Shown: positions 1-11,083 of the stretch, piece after piece
Layout of the letters: every line of letters starts with the position of its first letter
Numbering within the stretch: position 1 is the stretch's first letter
NCBI GenBank assembly: GCA_026195255.1
Contig: JAPHSS010000005.1
Coordinates: 32,008-96,007 of the forward strand
From: Gammaproteobacteria bacterium
GTDB taxonomy: Bacteria > Pseudomonadota > Gammaproteobacteria > SZUA-229
Direction: 5' to 3'
DNA: 64,000 bases
Program-made: the position numbers and the translations under genes
The notes under the pieces: generated by a model
The model's database searches: none
The model's input: only the letters and a program-made list of their open reading frames with translations
What the model was told of the DNA's origin: nothing

Positions 1-2304
1 ACACTGGCGATTGCTAAACAGCCAGGCACAAATGCAGTTGAGATTACCGAACAGGTTATTGAACGCATCGACCAGTTAAAAGGCGTTTTTATTCCTCATG
101 ACATTGAGGTGTCAGTAACACGCGATTATGGAAAAACAGCAAATGAAAAATCACAAACCCTGATTGGTAAACTAATTTTTGCAACAACGTTTGTTGTATT
201 ACTGGTTATGATTGCCCTGGGGAGGCGTGAAGCTTTTATAGTCGGCATAGCCGTGATTATTACACTCGCTATAACCTTATTTGCATCCTGGGCATGGGGC
301 TTTACTTTAAATAGAGTATCGTTATTTGCTCTTATTTTCTCAATAGGCATATTAGTTGACGATGCAATTGTCGTTGTAGAAAATATAAGTCGACATATGC
401 AACTTGGTAATAAAACATTACGTGAGTCTATTCCTTTAGCCGTTGATGAAGTAGGTGGGCCTACTATATTAGCTACGTTTACTGTTATAGCCGCGCTTCT
501 ACCTATGGCATATGTTACTGGTTTAATGGGACCATATATGAGCCCTATACCCATAAATGCCAGTATGGGTATGTTAATTTCACTATTAGTGGCTTTAGTA
601 ATAACACCCTGGCTTTCTTATAAAGTATTAGCTAATCATGCACATGCTAACTCACATACAGAAAAGGCTGACAACTTCCAGAACAACCCGATTTATAATT
701 TTTTTAGAAAATATCTGACGCCGTTTTTAAACAAAACTAATGCCCCACGAAATAGAAAAATGTTACTCATCGGTGTAATAGCATTATTACTATTATCTGT
801 CTCGCTTGCCGCTGTTAAGCTGGTTGTTTTAAAAATGCTACCATTTGATAATAAATCTGAATTTCAGGTTATTGTTGATATGCCAGAAGGCACGCCTGTA
901 GAACAGACCGCAAGGGTTTTAAGTGAACTAAGTAAACATATAGCGACAATATCTGAAGTAACAGATTATCAGGTATACGCGGGTACAGCTGCTCCCATTA
1001 ACTTTAACGGACTTGTGAGACAGTATTATTTACGTCAACAGGCTCATGAAGGCGATATACTGGTGAATCTTCAGGACAAAAGTTTGCGTGATCGAAAAAG
1101 TCATGAGATTGCCAGTTCACTACGCACACCTTTACAAAAAATTGGTGCTCAGTTTAATGCGAATGTAAAAATTGTTGAGGTTCCTCCCGGGCCACCCGTT
1201 TTATCACCCTTGGTAGCAGAGATATACGGACTTGATTATTCCGGTCAACGAGCGGTAGCTAAACAAATTCGTGGTGTATTTGAGAGCACCAAAGACGTGG
1301 TTGATATAGATGACACGATTGAGGCCAGTGCTGAAAGATTTATTATAAAAATAGACCAGCAAAAAGCAGCATTATATGGCGTCAACCAACAGCAAATCGT
1401 TAAACTTATTTCAACCGCTATCAATGGAGAAGATGTCAGTTACTTACATACAGGCAATATGAAATACCCTCTTCCCATACGCTTTGAATTCTCAACATCA
1501 GATAAAGCACGTATTGATAGTTTGTTGTCACTTAGAATAAGAAGTAACAGTGGAAACCTCTTCCCTATTTCAGATGTAATTAATTTAGAGAGAAGTAAAC
1601 TTGAACACGCAATTTATCATAAAGACCTTTTGGCGCTAGTAATGGTTACAGGTGATATGTCAGGTGAACTGGATAGTCCGCTATACGGCATGTTCGATAT
1701 TATGAATAAATTAAAGAAGGTTGATAATCCTTTACAGCAATATCTAATTAACCAGCCCGAGAATCCTTATAAGTACAGTCTAAAATGGGATGGTGAATGG
1801 CAGATAACCTATGAAACATTCAGAGATATGGGAATAGCTTATTCGATTGGACTAATATTAATTTACTTTCTAGTTGTTGCTCAGTTCAGATCTTATCTGG
1901 TGCCTTTAATTATAATGGCGCCTATTCCTTTAACCATCATTGGAGTCATGCCTGGACACGCACTTTTGGGCTCTCAATTTACTGCAACATCAATGATAGG
2001 CATGATTGCTTTAGCAGGCATTATTGTTAGAAATTCTATTTTACTGGTGGATTTCATAAATCAACAGATCAGCGAAGGCATCGTTTTTGAAGAAGCCGTT
2101 ATACGTGCCGGCGCAGTACGAGCAAAACCTATAATTTTAACGGGCTTAGCGGCCATGTTAGGCGCATTTTTTATACTCGATGATCCCATATTTAGTGGTT
2201 TAGCTATTTCACTAATTTTTGGTATTCTAGTATCGACCATTTTAACGCTTATAATTATACCCGTCATGTATTACGCACTGATGCGTAAAAAGCTACAAGC
2301 ATAA
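1..2304 (+). CDS. Efflux RND transporter permease subunit (AcrB/CzcA-like), 5'-truncated by the window edge
   Basis: Frame 1 is open from base 1 (TLAIAKQPGTNAVEI...). It has the RND TM4 motif IGILVDDAIVVVENI, TM10/11 motifs GIIVRNSILLVDF and RAKPIILT, and two TM blocks separated by a large periplasmic domain. Confidence 0.93.
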   Translation, partial: TLAIAKQPGTNAVEITEQVIERIDQLKGVFIPHDIEVSVTRDYGKTANEKSQTLIGKLIFATTFVVLLVMIALGRREAFIVGIAVIITLAITLFASWAWGFTLNRVSLFALIFSIGILVDDAIVVVENISRHMQLGNKTLRESIPLAVDEVGGPTILATFTVIAALLPMAYVTGLMGPYMSPIPINASMGMLISLLVALVITPWLSYKVLANHAHANSHTEKADNFQNNPIYNFFRKYLTPFLNKTNAPRNRKMLLIGVIALLLLSVSLAAVKLVVLKMLPFDNKSEFQVIVDMPEGTPVEQTARVLSELSKHIATISEVTDYQVYAGTAAPINFNGLVRQYYLRQQAHEGDILVNLQDKSLRDRKSHEIASSLRTPLQKIGAQFNANVKIVEVPPGPPVLSPLVAEIYGLDYSGQRAVAKQIRGVFESTKDVVDIDDTIEASAERFIIKIDQQKAALYGVNQQQIVKLISTAINGEDVSYLHTGNMKYPLPIRFEFSTSDKARIDSLLSLRIRSNSGNLFPISDVINLERSKLEHAIYHKDLLALVMVTGDMSGELDSPLYGMFDIMNKLKKVDNPLQQYLINQPENPYKYSLKWDGEWQITYETFRDMGIAYSIGLILIYFLVVAQFRSYLVPLIIMAPIPLTIIGVMPGHALLGSQFTATSMIGMIALAGIIVRNSILLVDFINQQISEGIVFEEAVIRAGAVRAKPIILTGLAAMLGAFFILDDPIFSGLAISLIFGILVSTILTLIIIPVMYYALMRKKLQA

Positions 2305-2309
2305 AAGTT

Positions 2310-2345
2310 GCGTAATAATTAACATGATTTTGTTAATTATTACGC
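2310..2345. terminator. Bidirectional terminator-like hairpin
   Basis: 15-bp perfect stem GCGTAATAATTAACA / TGTTAATTATTACGC with a 6-nt loop, between convergent genes. Confidence 0.7.
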
Positions 2346-2366
2346 GCTAAACAGAATACATATAGA

Positions 2367-2996
2367 TTAATTATTGGACATACTGAGAAGAAAATCATTA
2401 GTGGCTTTTTTTGGTGTTCGTGAAAGCTTTTTCATAATATCAAAAGAAATACATTCAAATGGGTACTCAAGCTTTATATCCTCAATAATTTCCAGCCATA
2501 AATACGCTGTCATTTCAGCATCAGCCAAAGCTCTATGAAAAGTGCCATCATTTGGAAGATTCTTATATTCAACAAGGGTACCCAGCTTATGATTTGGTGC
2601 ATCCGGGTATATACGTCGGGATATCAACATGGAACAGGCAAAAGGGCCAAACTGATTACGTTTTATACGGCTTAGTTCCGCATCGAGAAAACGAGAATCA
2701 AATGACGCATTATGTGCAACCAGATTATAACCATCAATAAATTCTGAAAACTCATGCATCACCTCTGCACAGGGCGCTGACTTACTTAACATTTTATTCG
2801 TAATACCCGTATATTGTTCTATAAAAGCATCAATTCTTCGATGAGGGTTCATTAACTTTTGAAAACGTTCTACTAAAACGCCATTAACTATCTTTACGGC
2901 ACCTATTTCAATAGCTCTGTCACCACAGTCGGGCGACAGGCCTGTAGTTTCAAAATCAAGAACAATTACGGTATCTGAGTTTATATCTAAAAGCAT
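2367..2996 (-). CDS. DEDDh 3'-5' exonuclease (DnaQ/Pol III epsilon-like)
   Basis: ExoI DFETTG, ExoII AHNASFD and ExoIII HRALADA motifs. Confidence 0.9.
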   Translation of the reverse strand: MLLDINSDTVIVLDFETTGLSPDCGDRAIEIGAVKIVNGVLVERFQKLMNPHRRIDAFIEQYTGITNKMLSKSAPCAEVMHEFSEFIDGYNLVAHNASFDSRFLDAELSRIKRNQFGPFACSMLISRRIYPDAPNHKLGTLVEYKNLPNDGTFHRALADAEMTAYLWLEIIEDIKLEYPFECISFDIMKKLSRTPKKATNDFLLSMSNN

Positions 2997-3038
2997 ATTT
3001 ATAAGGGTACTATTTTAAAACAATCATATAGCTATCTT

Positions 3039-3434
3039 CTATTTTAGAACTACCGGCATTTCTTTTTTATCGAGTAAACTTAATACACCGCGGATTATTC
3101 TATACATTACCCATACTCCAGTAATCACTACCATCAGATAGGCAACAGGAATTCCAAAAAAAGTAAGCGCAATTAAAATTGAAATTATCAACCAGAATAA
3201 AGCATACCAGAAAGTACTTATCACCCAATCAAAGTGTGATTGTAAATAAGTACCTGTAACGTCACTACGTTTAACATAACTTAAAATCACAGCAATAATT
3301 GACGGCCATCCAGATAAGAAAGCCGTTAATATAAACGCCGATGATAAAACACCATTAAAGGCACTAAAAAAATGCAGGCCATATATTATGTAAGTTAATG
3401 AAACCAGATCAGATGACGGTTCATTTCTATACAT
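3039..3434 (-). CDS. Small membrane protein (DUF4870-like)
   Basis: 131 aa with about 3 hydrophobic segments and SHFDWVISTFW / WVMYRIIRG motifs. Confidence 0.7.
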   Translation of the reverse strand: MYRNEPSSDLVSLTYIIYGLHFFSAFNGVLSSAFILTAFLSGWPSIIAVILSYVKRSDVTGTYLQSHFDWVISTFWYALFWLIISILIALTFFGIPVAYLMVVITGVWVMYRIIRGVLSLLDKKEMPVVLK

Positions 3435-3572
3435 AAAATTTAACTCTTCCAGCTCTTTAAATTGTTTATAGTTTTTATCGCTGATAACTCACCTGTTCAT
3501 ATAATTCACAAATTGGATTTTAATAAATGAAACAATATCACTTTGTTTTATGCATAGTATATTGGTAATAAA

Positions 3573-4430
3573 TTATGCCGATTTCTTATGCGTAAACAAT
3601 AAATTCATCACCATAGATGCCTGTGCATCTACTTCTGTTTTAATAGCGGGCATATCTTCAGCCAGCAAACCTGTAATCTGCCAACAGACAGGATGTACTG
3701 ATAATGTTTCAGCTGTGACGGGTGTTTCTGATATGGCATCATGAGTAATTGCTGAAGCAATATGTATTAGCGCTGTTTCAAGCCTAAAATCAGTTGCTCT
3801 TATGGGTTCAACATGAAATTCAGTGATATTTTGCAAGCTTTTTGGTAAATGCCACTCCGCCATCAAAGCAGAACCAACCTGAGCATAATCAAAACCAAAA
3901 ACTTCACGTTCTGCAATATACAAATCTACATTTCTTTGATTAGCGATTTTAAGTGCTAGCTGTGATTCATCAGGCATTTTTTGTTGGGTAACTAAATGCC
4001 CTATATTATGTAATAACCCGGCAATAAAAGGCCTTTCTGTATCTATATTGTTACAATGATAAGCCAATAAACGCGCTGTTACAGCACAATATACACCATT
4101 AAACCAGAAGTCATATATATTAAAAGTATCGTTAGTAAATCCAGAAAAACTATCAACTACAACTGTTGCTAAAACTAGATCGTGTACCTGCTGAGTACCC
4201 AATAAGTTTATCGCGTGAGTCATTGTATCTACTTTTGAAGCTAGACCAAAAAAAGGACTATTCACTAATTTTAACAGGCGAGCTGTGATAGCCGGGTCAT
4301 GAATAATGATTTGCGCTACATCTGACATAGAGGCATTAGGGTCACTAATAACATTTCTCAGGCGGATATAAACATCTGGTAGAGAAATTAGTTCTATAGA
4401 TTCTTTAACAAGACTTTGTGCTGTATGCAT
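3573..4430 (-). CDS. HDOD domain signal transduction protein
   Basis: LPDVY, DPAITARLLKLVNSPFFG, AGLLHNIG and WHLP motifs typical of HDOD. Confidence 0.9.
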   Translation of the reverse strand: MHTAQSLVKESIELISLPDVYIRLRNVISDPNASMSDVAQIIIHDPAITARLLKLVNSPFFGLASKVDTMTHAINLLGTQQVHDLVLATVVVDSFSGFTNDTFNIYDFWFNGVYCAVTARLLAYHCNNIDTERPFIAGLLHNIGHLVTQQKMPDESQLALKIANQRNVDLYIAEREVFGFDYAQVGSALMAEWHLPKSLQNITEFHVEPIRATDFRLETALIHIASAITHDAISETPVTAETLSVHPVCWQITGLLAEDMPAIKTEVDAQASMVMNLLFTHKKSA

Positions 4431-4509
4431 AAAAAATATCTTTATTGGTTCTATTTAAAAGAGAGAATTTATTAACATTAACTTACTACAAATAGGTAAA
4501 AGAATACAG

Positions 4510-5358
4510 TTACTCGCCTTCCCAGCCAGATGAAATAGTAAAACCTGCCGCTTTTTCATGCCCTCCACCCCCATAAAGTAGTGCTACTTTACTGACGTCA
4601 ACACCATCGGCACTAGAACGTAAACTAAAAGATCTACCATCTGCATGATCCCAGTAACACGCAGCAAAAGGCTCGTCCTTTGACATTATGTTACCTGCAT
4701 CAGATATATACGCAGAAGAAACGTTAAGCACAGGAACATTATAACCTCCAATAACCATTCGCCTAACACCCGTAGAGATTAATTCTAAAATATCTTTTTG
4801 TAATTTCCGCTCAATAGCAACACCATCAGCTTTAAGACTCAGTAATTCTGTTGAGTTATAACTCATAAACTTGTCCCATACATCAAAGTCATATGGATAT
4901 GATGCAAGGCCAGTTGTTATCTCTCTTGTATCGGTTAGTTGAAATCGCCAAAGATCTCGGTCCTGTATATGTTTTATTAATTTTGGCACTTCTTCATCAG
5001 GGTAAAACCATTCCCAGGTAATCATGGCACCTGATCTGTTTATATCAAGCACACCTTCAACTAGACCATCATCTAATAAAAACTGAAGATCATTCCTGGC
5101 AGAAATATGGTGATCTAATATTGTAATACTGGATGCAGTTTTAAGCATTTTCTGCAAAATTTCCTTTTTATAAGAAAAATCAACTAACAACACATCCATG
5201 CCCGCTACATCAGGCGGCTGTTTCTGGTGTATTCCCTTAAAAAAAACTACCTTGTCACCTAATACTTTACGAACCACCCAGGCTGATGCAAATCCATCAG
5301 GACAATTAGCATGGTATATGCACAGTAAATTTCTGAAGTTAGTATTAAGCCTGGACAT
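4510..5358 (-). CDS. DHH/DHHA1 family phosphoesterase
   Basis: YHANCPDG, VDFS, LDHH, DRDLW and C-terminal SLRS...GGGHEKAAG motifs. Confidence 0.85.
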   Translation of the reverse strand: MSRLNTNFRNLLCIYHANCPDGFASAWVVRKVLGDKVVFFKGIHQKQPPDVAGMDVLLVDFSYKKEILQKMLKTASSITILDHHISARNDLQFLLDDGLVEGVLDINRSGAMITWEWFYPDEEVPKLIKHIQDRDLWRFQLTDTREITTGLASYPYDFDVWDKFMSYNSTELLSLKADGVAIERKLQKDILELISTGVRRMVIGGYNVPVLNVSSAYISDAGNIMSKDEPFAACYWDHADGRSFSLRSSADGVDVSKVALLYGGGGHEKAAGFTISSGWEGE

Positions 5359-5617
5359 TAAGTTACCTGAATAAATAGTATGTTAGTTTTACCAATACTA
5401 ATATTGATTCTGTAAAGATCAAGCAAACATGGTATGAAATAATGAATAAGTCATTTCAGTTATGAAATATCCATGATTAATGTGTTATGTCATATAATTC
5501 AATGAATTAGATCTAAATTAACAGCACCAGAAAATGCGTTTTATCGAATACTAAGCTAGAATCAATCCTTAAATGAGAGTTTTTTATTATCTACACAATC
5601 GCTGTTAGGGAGTAACA

Positions 5618-6457
5618 ATGCTAATAAGATCAATAAGTTATGCTTTTATTCTTTTAATATCTACAACTGCTACAGCACAGCCAGTCCAATTGAAAAACAA
5701 TAATCTAATGATGAATGCAGAATATTTAGAGGGCTCTAACAATCAAAACCCGGTAATTATATTACATGGTCTTCTTCAAACGCATCAATTTACAACTGTT
5801 AATCGACTCGCAACAGCGCTTAATGAAGCAGGTTACACCGTTTTAAGCCCAACTCTTTCACTCGGCATTAATAATAGAAAGACAAGTCTTAGCTGTGAAG
5901 CTGTACACACACATTCGATGGATTCAGATTCTGATGAATTGAAGTTATGGATCAACTGGTTAAAAGCAAAGTCAGGTAAAGATATTAATCTAATTGGGCA
6001 CAGTGCTGGTGGAACAACGGTTCTCAATTATCTTGAAAGCTATAATACCAACTTAATTAATAAAGTTATTTTAATAAGCCTTTCCTATTACGCAACAGGA
6101 CCGACGGCTAATGAGACCAGTCAACATGAAGAAATGGCTAAACAACATATTCAAGAAAACTCTAAAAAAATACATACTTATGCATTAAATTATTGCCGAA
6201 GTTACCCTTCATACGCAAAAAACTTTTTATCTTATTATCAATGGAATACTGAAAAAGTTACTCAAGCTGTTGACTCATTTAGAGACAAAATTACAATTAT
6301 TATAGGCACCGGAGACAAACGAGTAGACAGCAACTGGCGAAAACACCTAAAAAATAAATTCGACAATGTAATCTCTATAGAGGGAGCTAATCACTTTTTT
6401 GACCAGTCTCATGAGTTTGAGCTTACAGATGTTATTGAAGGCTTACTGGAACAATAA
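5618..6457 (+). CDS. Secreted alpha/beta-fold hydrolase
   Basis: Signal peptide (..ATA-Q), ILHG oxyanion region, GHSAG nucleophile elbow, GTGD and ANHFF. RBS-like GGGAG upstream. Confidence 0.82.
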   Translation: MLIRSISYAFILLISTTATAQPVQLKNNNLMMNAEYLEGSNNQNPVIILHGLLQTHQFTTVNRLATALNEAGYTVLSPTLSLGINNRKTSLSCEAVHTHSMDSDSDELKLWINWLKAKSGKDINLIGHSAGGTTVLNYLESYNTNLINKVILISLSYYATGPTANETSQHEEMAKQHIQENSKKIHTYALNYCRSYPSYAKNFLSYYQWNTEKVTQAVDSFRDKITIIIGTGDKRVDSNWRKHLKNKFDNVISIEGANHFFDQSHEFELTDVIEGLLEQ

Positions 6458-6458
6458 C

Positions 6459-8861
6459 ATGTTATTAAGCATCAAGCAGTACATTATTCTATTTGTCATT
6501 ATAACCGCAATATTGACATCGATATTTGTATATAAAATTGAGACCAGTTTTTCGAAAAACAAGGAGATAATATTAGAATCTAAAACAAAATCCGCTAATG
6601 ATGAATTACAGCAGGCAATCAACTTAACATTAAAATCAGTTAAAAACTCAAGCAGCGAGTTAAGTAACTGGCAGGAAGTTAAGCAGCAAATTAACAATCC
6701 GGAAGTCTTCGACTATTGGTACAGTGTTAGATTTAAAAACTATTCATTTGATTTAAAAAAATACACTAGAGACTTTATTATATACAATAAAAATGGCACA
6801 GCACTTAGAAAAATAAACAACAATCTACCACAACAGATAACAACCGATAATTTAGTAGATTACACTTTTAAGGTTGCAAATAAAAATGAAATAATAAGCA
6901 TAGAGCCTGTTTACGAAAACTCTACAATAATAGGATATATCAGTATTCGTGTTGATTTGATATCCATATTGGTTAAAACGATTCATTTTCAATACATTTC
7001 ACCAGAAACACTCTCCATTAACAGCAAAAATGAAAATTTAATAAGCACATTAGATAATTCTGATTTTTTTTATAAATTACATGAATCGAAAAACCTGGAG
7101 ATTTTAGAAAAACAGATTAGCGATACGTTGATTGAGCTAGTTATATTTATACTATTTCCAATAATCATTTTATTTATTATTATAATATTTCTTATCGTTC
7201 GACCGATTGAAGAAGTAGCGCTCTATATTGATAAACTTAGAGAATCAGCAAACTATAACAATAAAAAACAGCCATCTCAGACAAGAGTTAAAGAAATTGA
7301 AAAAATATATAAGTCACTAAAAGATTATCACAGGGATTTATCAGAAAACGAAGAATACCTTTCATTAACCTTAAACAGCATTGGTGATGCTGTGATCACA
7401 ACAGATGACATGTACAGAATAGTCCACATGAACCCGGTTGCAGCATCCCTCACTGGATGGTCGTTTAATGAAGCAAAAAACAAAAACATTAATGAAATAT
7501 TAGAGTTTGTAAGCGTCAACACAAGAGAACCTATCATAAATATTTTTGCTGAAGTTATCGAACATAGAAAGGTTATTCATATAGATAACGACACATTACT
7601 TATATCAAAAGACAAGGACGAGTATCATATCTCTGATTCAGCCGCGCCCATTCTAGATGGAGAAGGCAACATCCGCGGTCTGGTTATTGTATTTAATGAC
7701 ATCACTGAACAAAAAACAAAAGAAGAGCAATTACAACAAAGCCAGAAAATGGACGCTCTTGGAAACCTAACAGGCGGTATAGCTCACGACTACAACAATA
7801 TGTTAGGAATCATTCTCGGTTACGCTGACTTACTAAACGATTCAACAAAAACAGACTTGAGATCTCACAAGTATGTAAAAGAAATTATTAAAGCCGGTGA
7901 GCGATCCAGAAAACTGACGTCTAAATTATTAACATTTTCACGAAAAGGATCACATGAATCATCAGTCACAGATATAAATGAATTAATTATGTCTGAAAAA
8001 GACATGCTTGAAAAACTTCTAACAGTAAGAATCAATTTAACACTCGAACTTGAAAAAGACCTCTGGCCAGTATACCTGGACAACAACCAGTTACAGGATA
8101 GCATTCTAAACATATGCATTAATGCAATGCATGCCATGCCAAATGGCGGCAAGTTAACCATAAAAACACACAATATACACTTTGACTCAATTGAATCGAC
8201 TCAACTGAAACTTAATCGGGGTGACTATGTTCAATTATCAATTGCCGATACCGGGACAGGCATGAGTAATGAAATTTGTCGAAAAATATTTGAACCATTT
8301 TTCAGTACGAAAGGAGATAAAGGTACAGGGCTTGGTCTGAGTCAGGTTTATGGCTATATTAATCAGTCAGGTGGTGCAGTACACGTTTATTCCGAACCAG
8401 ATGTAGGCACTAAAATTTCACTTTATATACCCCGTCATATTCAAAATGATGCAGCACATCTGGATATAGAAGCAGAACCGTCAATTAAAAAACTTCAGGG
8501 CAACGAAACGATACTTGTTGTTGATGACGAATTATCCCTTCTTGAACTAACATGTCAGATTCTCTCATCTTATGGATATAATACAATGCAGGCCAATACT
8601 GCTAAAAAAGCCTTAAAAATTCTAGAAGACAAGCAGATTGACTTACTTATTACAGATATTATTATGCCAGAAATGGATGGTTATGAATTATCGAAACTTG
8701 CATTAGAAAAACACCCTGATCTTAAAATTCAATTAATTAGTGGTTTCAATATTGAACCTGACGAAAGTATAATAAACACTAATTTATACAAACAACAACT
8801 TAGCAAACCCTATAGCAAGCACGAATTACTTAGTAAAATACGGAATTTATTAGATCACTGA
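6459..8861 (+). CDS. Membrane PAS-domain hybrid sensor histidine kinase (HisKA-HATPase-REC)
   Basis: Two TM segments, PAS (SIGDAVITTD...SAAPI), H-box GIAHDYNN, G-boxes DTGTGM / GTGLGL and REC VVDDE...TDIIMP. Start moved to ATG 6459, 1 nt after the hydrolase stop. Confidence 0.92.
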   Translation: MLLSIKQYIILFVIITAILTSIFVYKIETSFSKNKEIILESKTKSANDELQQAINLTLKSVKNSSSELSNWQEVKQQINNPEVFDYWYSVRFKNYSFDLKKYTRDFIIYNKNGTALRKINNNLPQQITTDNLVDYTFKVANKNEIISIEPVYENSTIIGYISIRVDLISILVKTIHFQYISPETLSINSKNENLISTLDNSDFFYKLHESKNLEILEKQISDTLIELVIFILFPIIILFIIIIFLIVRPIEEVALYIDKLRESANYNNKKQPSQTRVKEIEKIYKSLKDYHRDLSENEEYLSLTLNSIGDAVITTDDMYRIVHMNPVAASLTGWSFNEAKNKNINEILEFVSVNTREPIINIFAEVIEHRKVIHIDNDTLLISKDKDEYHISDSAAPILDGEGNIRGLVIVFNDITEQKTKEEQLQQSQKMDALGNLTGGIAHDYNNMLGIILGYADLLNDSTKTDLRSHKYVKEIIKAGERSRKLTSKLLTFSRKGSHESSVTDINELIMSEKDMLEKLLTVRINLTLELEKDLWPVYLDNNQLQDSILNICINAMHAMPNGGKLTIKTHNIHFDSIESTQLKLNRGDYVQLSIADTGTGMSNEICRKIFEPFFSTKGDKGTGLGLSQVYGYINQSGGAVHVYSEPDVGTKISLYIPRHIQNDAAHLDIEAEPSIKKLQGNETILVVDDELSLLELTCQILSSYGYNTMQANTAKKALKILEDKQIDLLITDIIMPEMDGYELSKLALEKHPDLKIQLISGFNIEPDESIINTNLYKQQLSKPYSKHELLSKIRNLLDH

Positions 8862-8991
8862 GATTTAAATACATTACTGATATTAATACTTAGCTGACTG
8901 CTCTATAACTCCCAGCCTATTTTATGAGCAACATATCACAACTTAAATTGAATAGTTATTGCATAACAATATATGTTAGATTTAGAAAAAC

Positions 8992-9498
8992 ATGCCAATT
9001 CATAAATATATAAGAAATTATTCACCCGAACTTATTGATAAGGTGAGTATATTAGTAAAAAATAATCAGCTAAGAAGTTATCTATTAGACAAATACCCTC
9101 AAGCTCATAACATATATAATGATAACGAATTACGTGAATACGTTACATCTTTAAAAAATAAACACATGAAAAAATCACAACCACTACAAAAAGTAATCTA
9201 TGACAACAAGATACACGTTGTAAATAATGCACTTGGTCTGCATAATTATATTTCACGCGTACAGGGAAATAAGCTTAAGTCAATTAATGAAATAAGAATA
9301 AGTAGTATTTTTAAAAAAACACCCGAAGATTTTTTAAAGATGATTGCTGTTCATGAATTAGCTCATCTAAAAGAAAGGCAGCATAACAGGGCATTTTATA
9401 GATTATGCCAGCACATGCTTGAAAACTATCACCAACTGGAATTCGATACGCGTTTGTATCTCATACAAACAGAAACAGGAGACGCCTTATATGAATAA
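8992..9498 (+). CDS. ygjP: YgjP-like (DUF45) zinc metallopeptidase-fold protein
   Basis: HELAHLKE zinc motif, HNRAFY and YHQLEFDTRLYL; 168-aa size fits YgjP. Confidence 0.75.
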   Translation: MPIHKYIRNYSPELIDKVSILVKNNQLRSYLLDKYPQAHNIYNDNELREYVTSLKNKHMKKSQPLQKVIYDNKIHVVNNALGLHNYISRVQGNKLKSINEIRISSIFKKTPEDFLKMIAVHELAHLKERQHNRAFYRLCQHMLENYHQLEFDTRLYLIQTETGDALYE

Positions 9499-9539
9499 TA
9501 TTAAAAGCAGTTTACATTCAAACACAAAGTTATTAGAGA

Positions 9540-9761
9540 ATGCATAAGCCAACATCTCAAGACCCACTACACGGTATAACTTTAAAAACAATAGTTACTC
9601 GACTGGTTGAAAAATACGGCTGGCCGGAGTTAGGCAATCGTATCAAAATCAAATGTTTTATAAACCAGCCTAGCATCACATCAAGCCTGAAGTTTCTACG
9701 TAAAACCGCCTGGGCAAGAGCTGAAGTTGAATCGTTATACCTGCAAAGTAAATGGGATTAA
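9540..9761 (+). CDS. VF530/DUF2132 family small DNA-binding protein
   Basis: DPLHGITL...YGW..L...CF...[18 protein letters not shown] signature. Confidence 0.85.
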   Translation: MHKPTSQDPLHGITLKTIVTRLVEKYGWPELGNRIKIKCFINQPSITSSLKFLRKTAWARAEVESLYLQSKWD

Positions 9762-9936
9762 TCGTTACTTAAGTCAGTCAAAAGTTAGATTATGGTGTAT
9801 TTAAGCCGAAATGTTTTTTAAATAAATTAAAAATTTAAATACCAATATGTGACTGCTTACTATTTAGATAACCCTGTATATAATCCATAAATCAGTCAAT
9901 AAAAATCATCTAATATTTTATTTTTAAAGCAACCTT

Positions 9937-10665
9937 TTATGAAACCTTAGTTAATGACTGTTTACTACTAGAAGCACATTCATTTTTAATTGTATTTAAA
10001 ATACTCGTGTTTTTTGCATTAATTTCAATCCAGTTAAAAATAGATTGCCAATGATTTCGATCAACTTCTGTTGCCTGGTGTTTTAACTCATGCACACCCA
10101 GCCCCAGCTTAGTAAAGCGATTATAATTTTGCGTGTCTCGTAACTGAGCCAAGACAGGAATATTGAGTTTATTTAAAAAACACTCTAAATCTTTAAAAGC
10201 ATTTGTATTTTTACGAACTTTATTTGTAATAATGGCAATTCGTGCTTTACCCTTCTGTACTTTTAAATTAACGATTAATTCTCGAAGAAAGTCAGCGGTT
10301 GCACAGATGTCCAGCCATGCAGGTAACACAGGTATAAGTATGTAGTCAGCTCCTTTTAATTGTTCAGCGAGATCTGGACCTTTTAATCCAGGAGGTGTAT
10401 CTATAACCATTCGCGTTATATCTACCGGAGTTCGCATATGCCAACTGCGTGTAACACCTTTGGCTGCAGTTCTATGGGCTGTGACGCCATGAATATTGGC
10501 AACAGATGAGGGTCGAGCATCTAACCAGCGCATACTAGAGCCCTGTTCATCGTAATCATACAGAGCTGTTTGAAAGCCCTTACTTGCATAAAAACTAGCT
10601 AAATTGGTTGAAATAGTGCTTTTACCACAACCTCCCTTTGTATTAATTACCACAATGCGGATCAT
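9937..10665 (-). CDS. Orphan ParA-family ATPase
   Basis: Deviant Walker A KGGCGKST, DYDEQGS and IDTPP. No parB adjacent. Start taken at MIRIVVIN. Confidence 0.85.
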   Translation of the reverse strand: MIRIVVINTKGGCGKSTISTNLASFYASKGFQTALYDYDEQGSSMRWLDARPSSVANIHGVTAHRTAAKGVTRSWHMRTPVDITRMVIDTPPGLKGPDLAEQLKGADYILIPVLPAWLDICATADFLRELIVNLKVQKGKARIAIITNKVRKNTNAFKDLECFLNKLNIPVLAQLRDTQNYNRFTKLGLGVHELKHQATEVDRNHWQSIFNWIEINAKNTSILNTIKNECASSSKQSLTKVS

Positions 10666-11083
10666 AAACCCTGCCTGTTGGCAGTAAGATGCCACCCGAG
10701 AGAAACCAGTTTTTTTATCATTTATATTTAATCACCTTAAATAGCCCCAAAAACACATATTCTGGTAACCTTTCATAGATACTAATTAAATTTTCGTGTA
10801 TTAGCAAATACCCCGTCATATAAGGCTATTGGGAGACTGCATTTACATAAAGATGTATTAAAAGTCACACCATGCTTGATCTTATCTTAATAATATTCTA
10901 ATATACCGATAGTCGATTAGGGACGCCCCCTTAATTACTAACTATATCTAGCACAGACCTACCCGTCTAATGCTTATCAAAATGATTAAAGTCTACAGCT
11001 CATGCTGTTATGAACGCTTTTTTATTTCCTGTCAGGTTATTAATAGAAAGCGAGATTTTTTAACTCCCTTATAGGAATGAATC

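Noticed and set aside
126..554. Antisense ORFs within RND and other membrane genes (also 42912-43241, 43982-44464, 55537-55821)
   Set aside because: Fully nested opposite well-supported genes and typical of hydrophobic-codon shadows.
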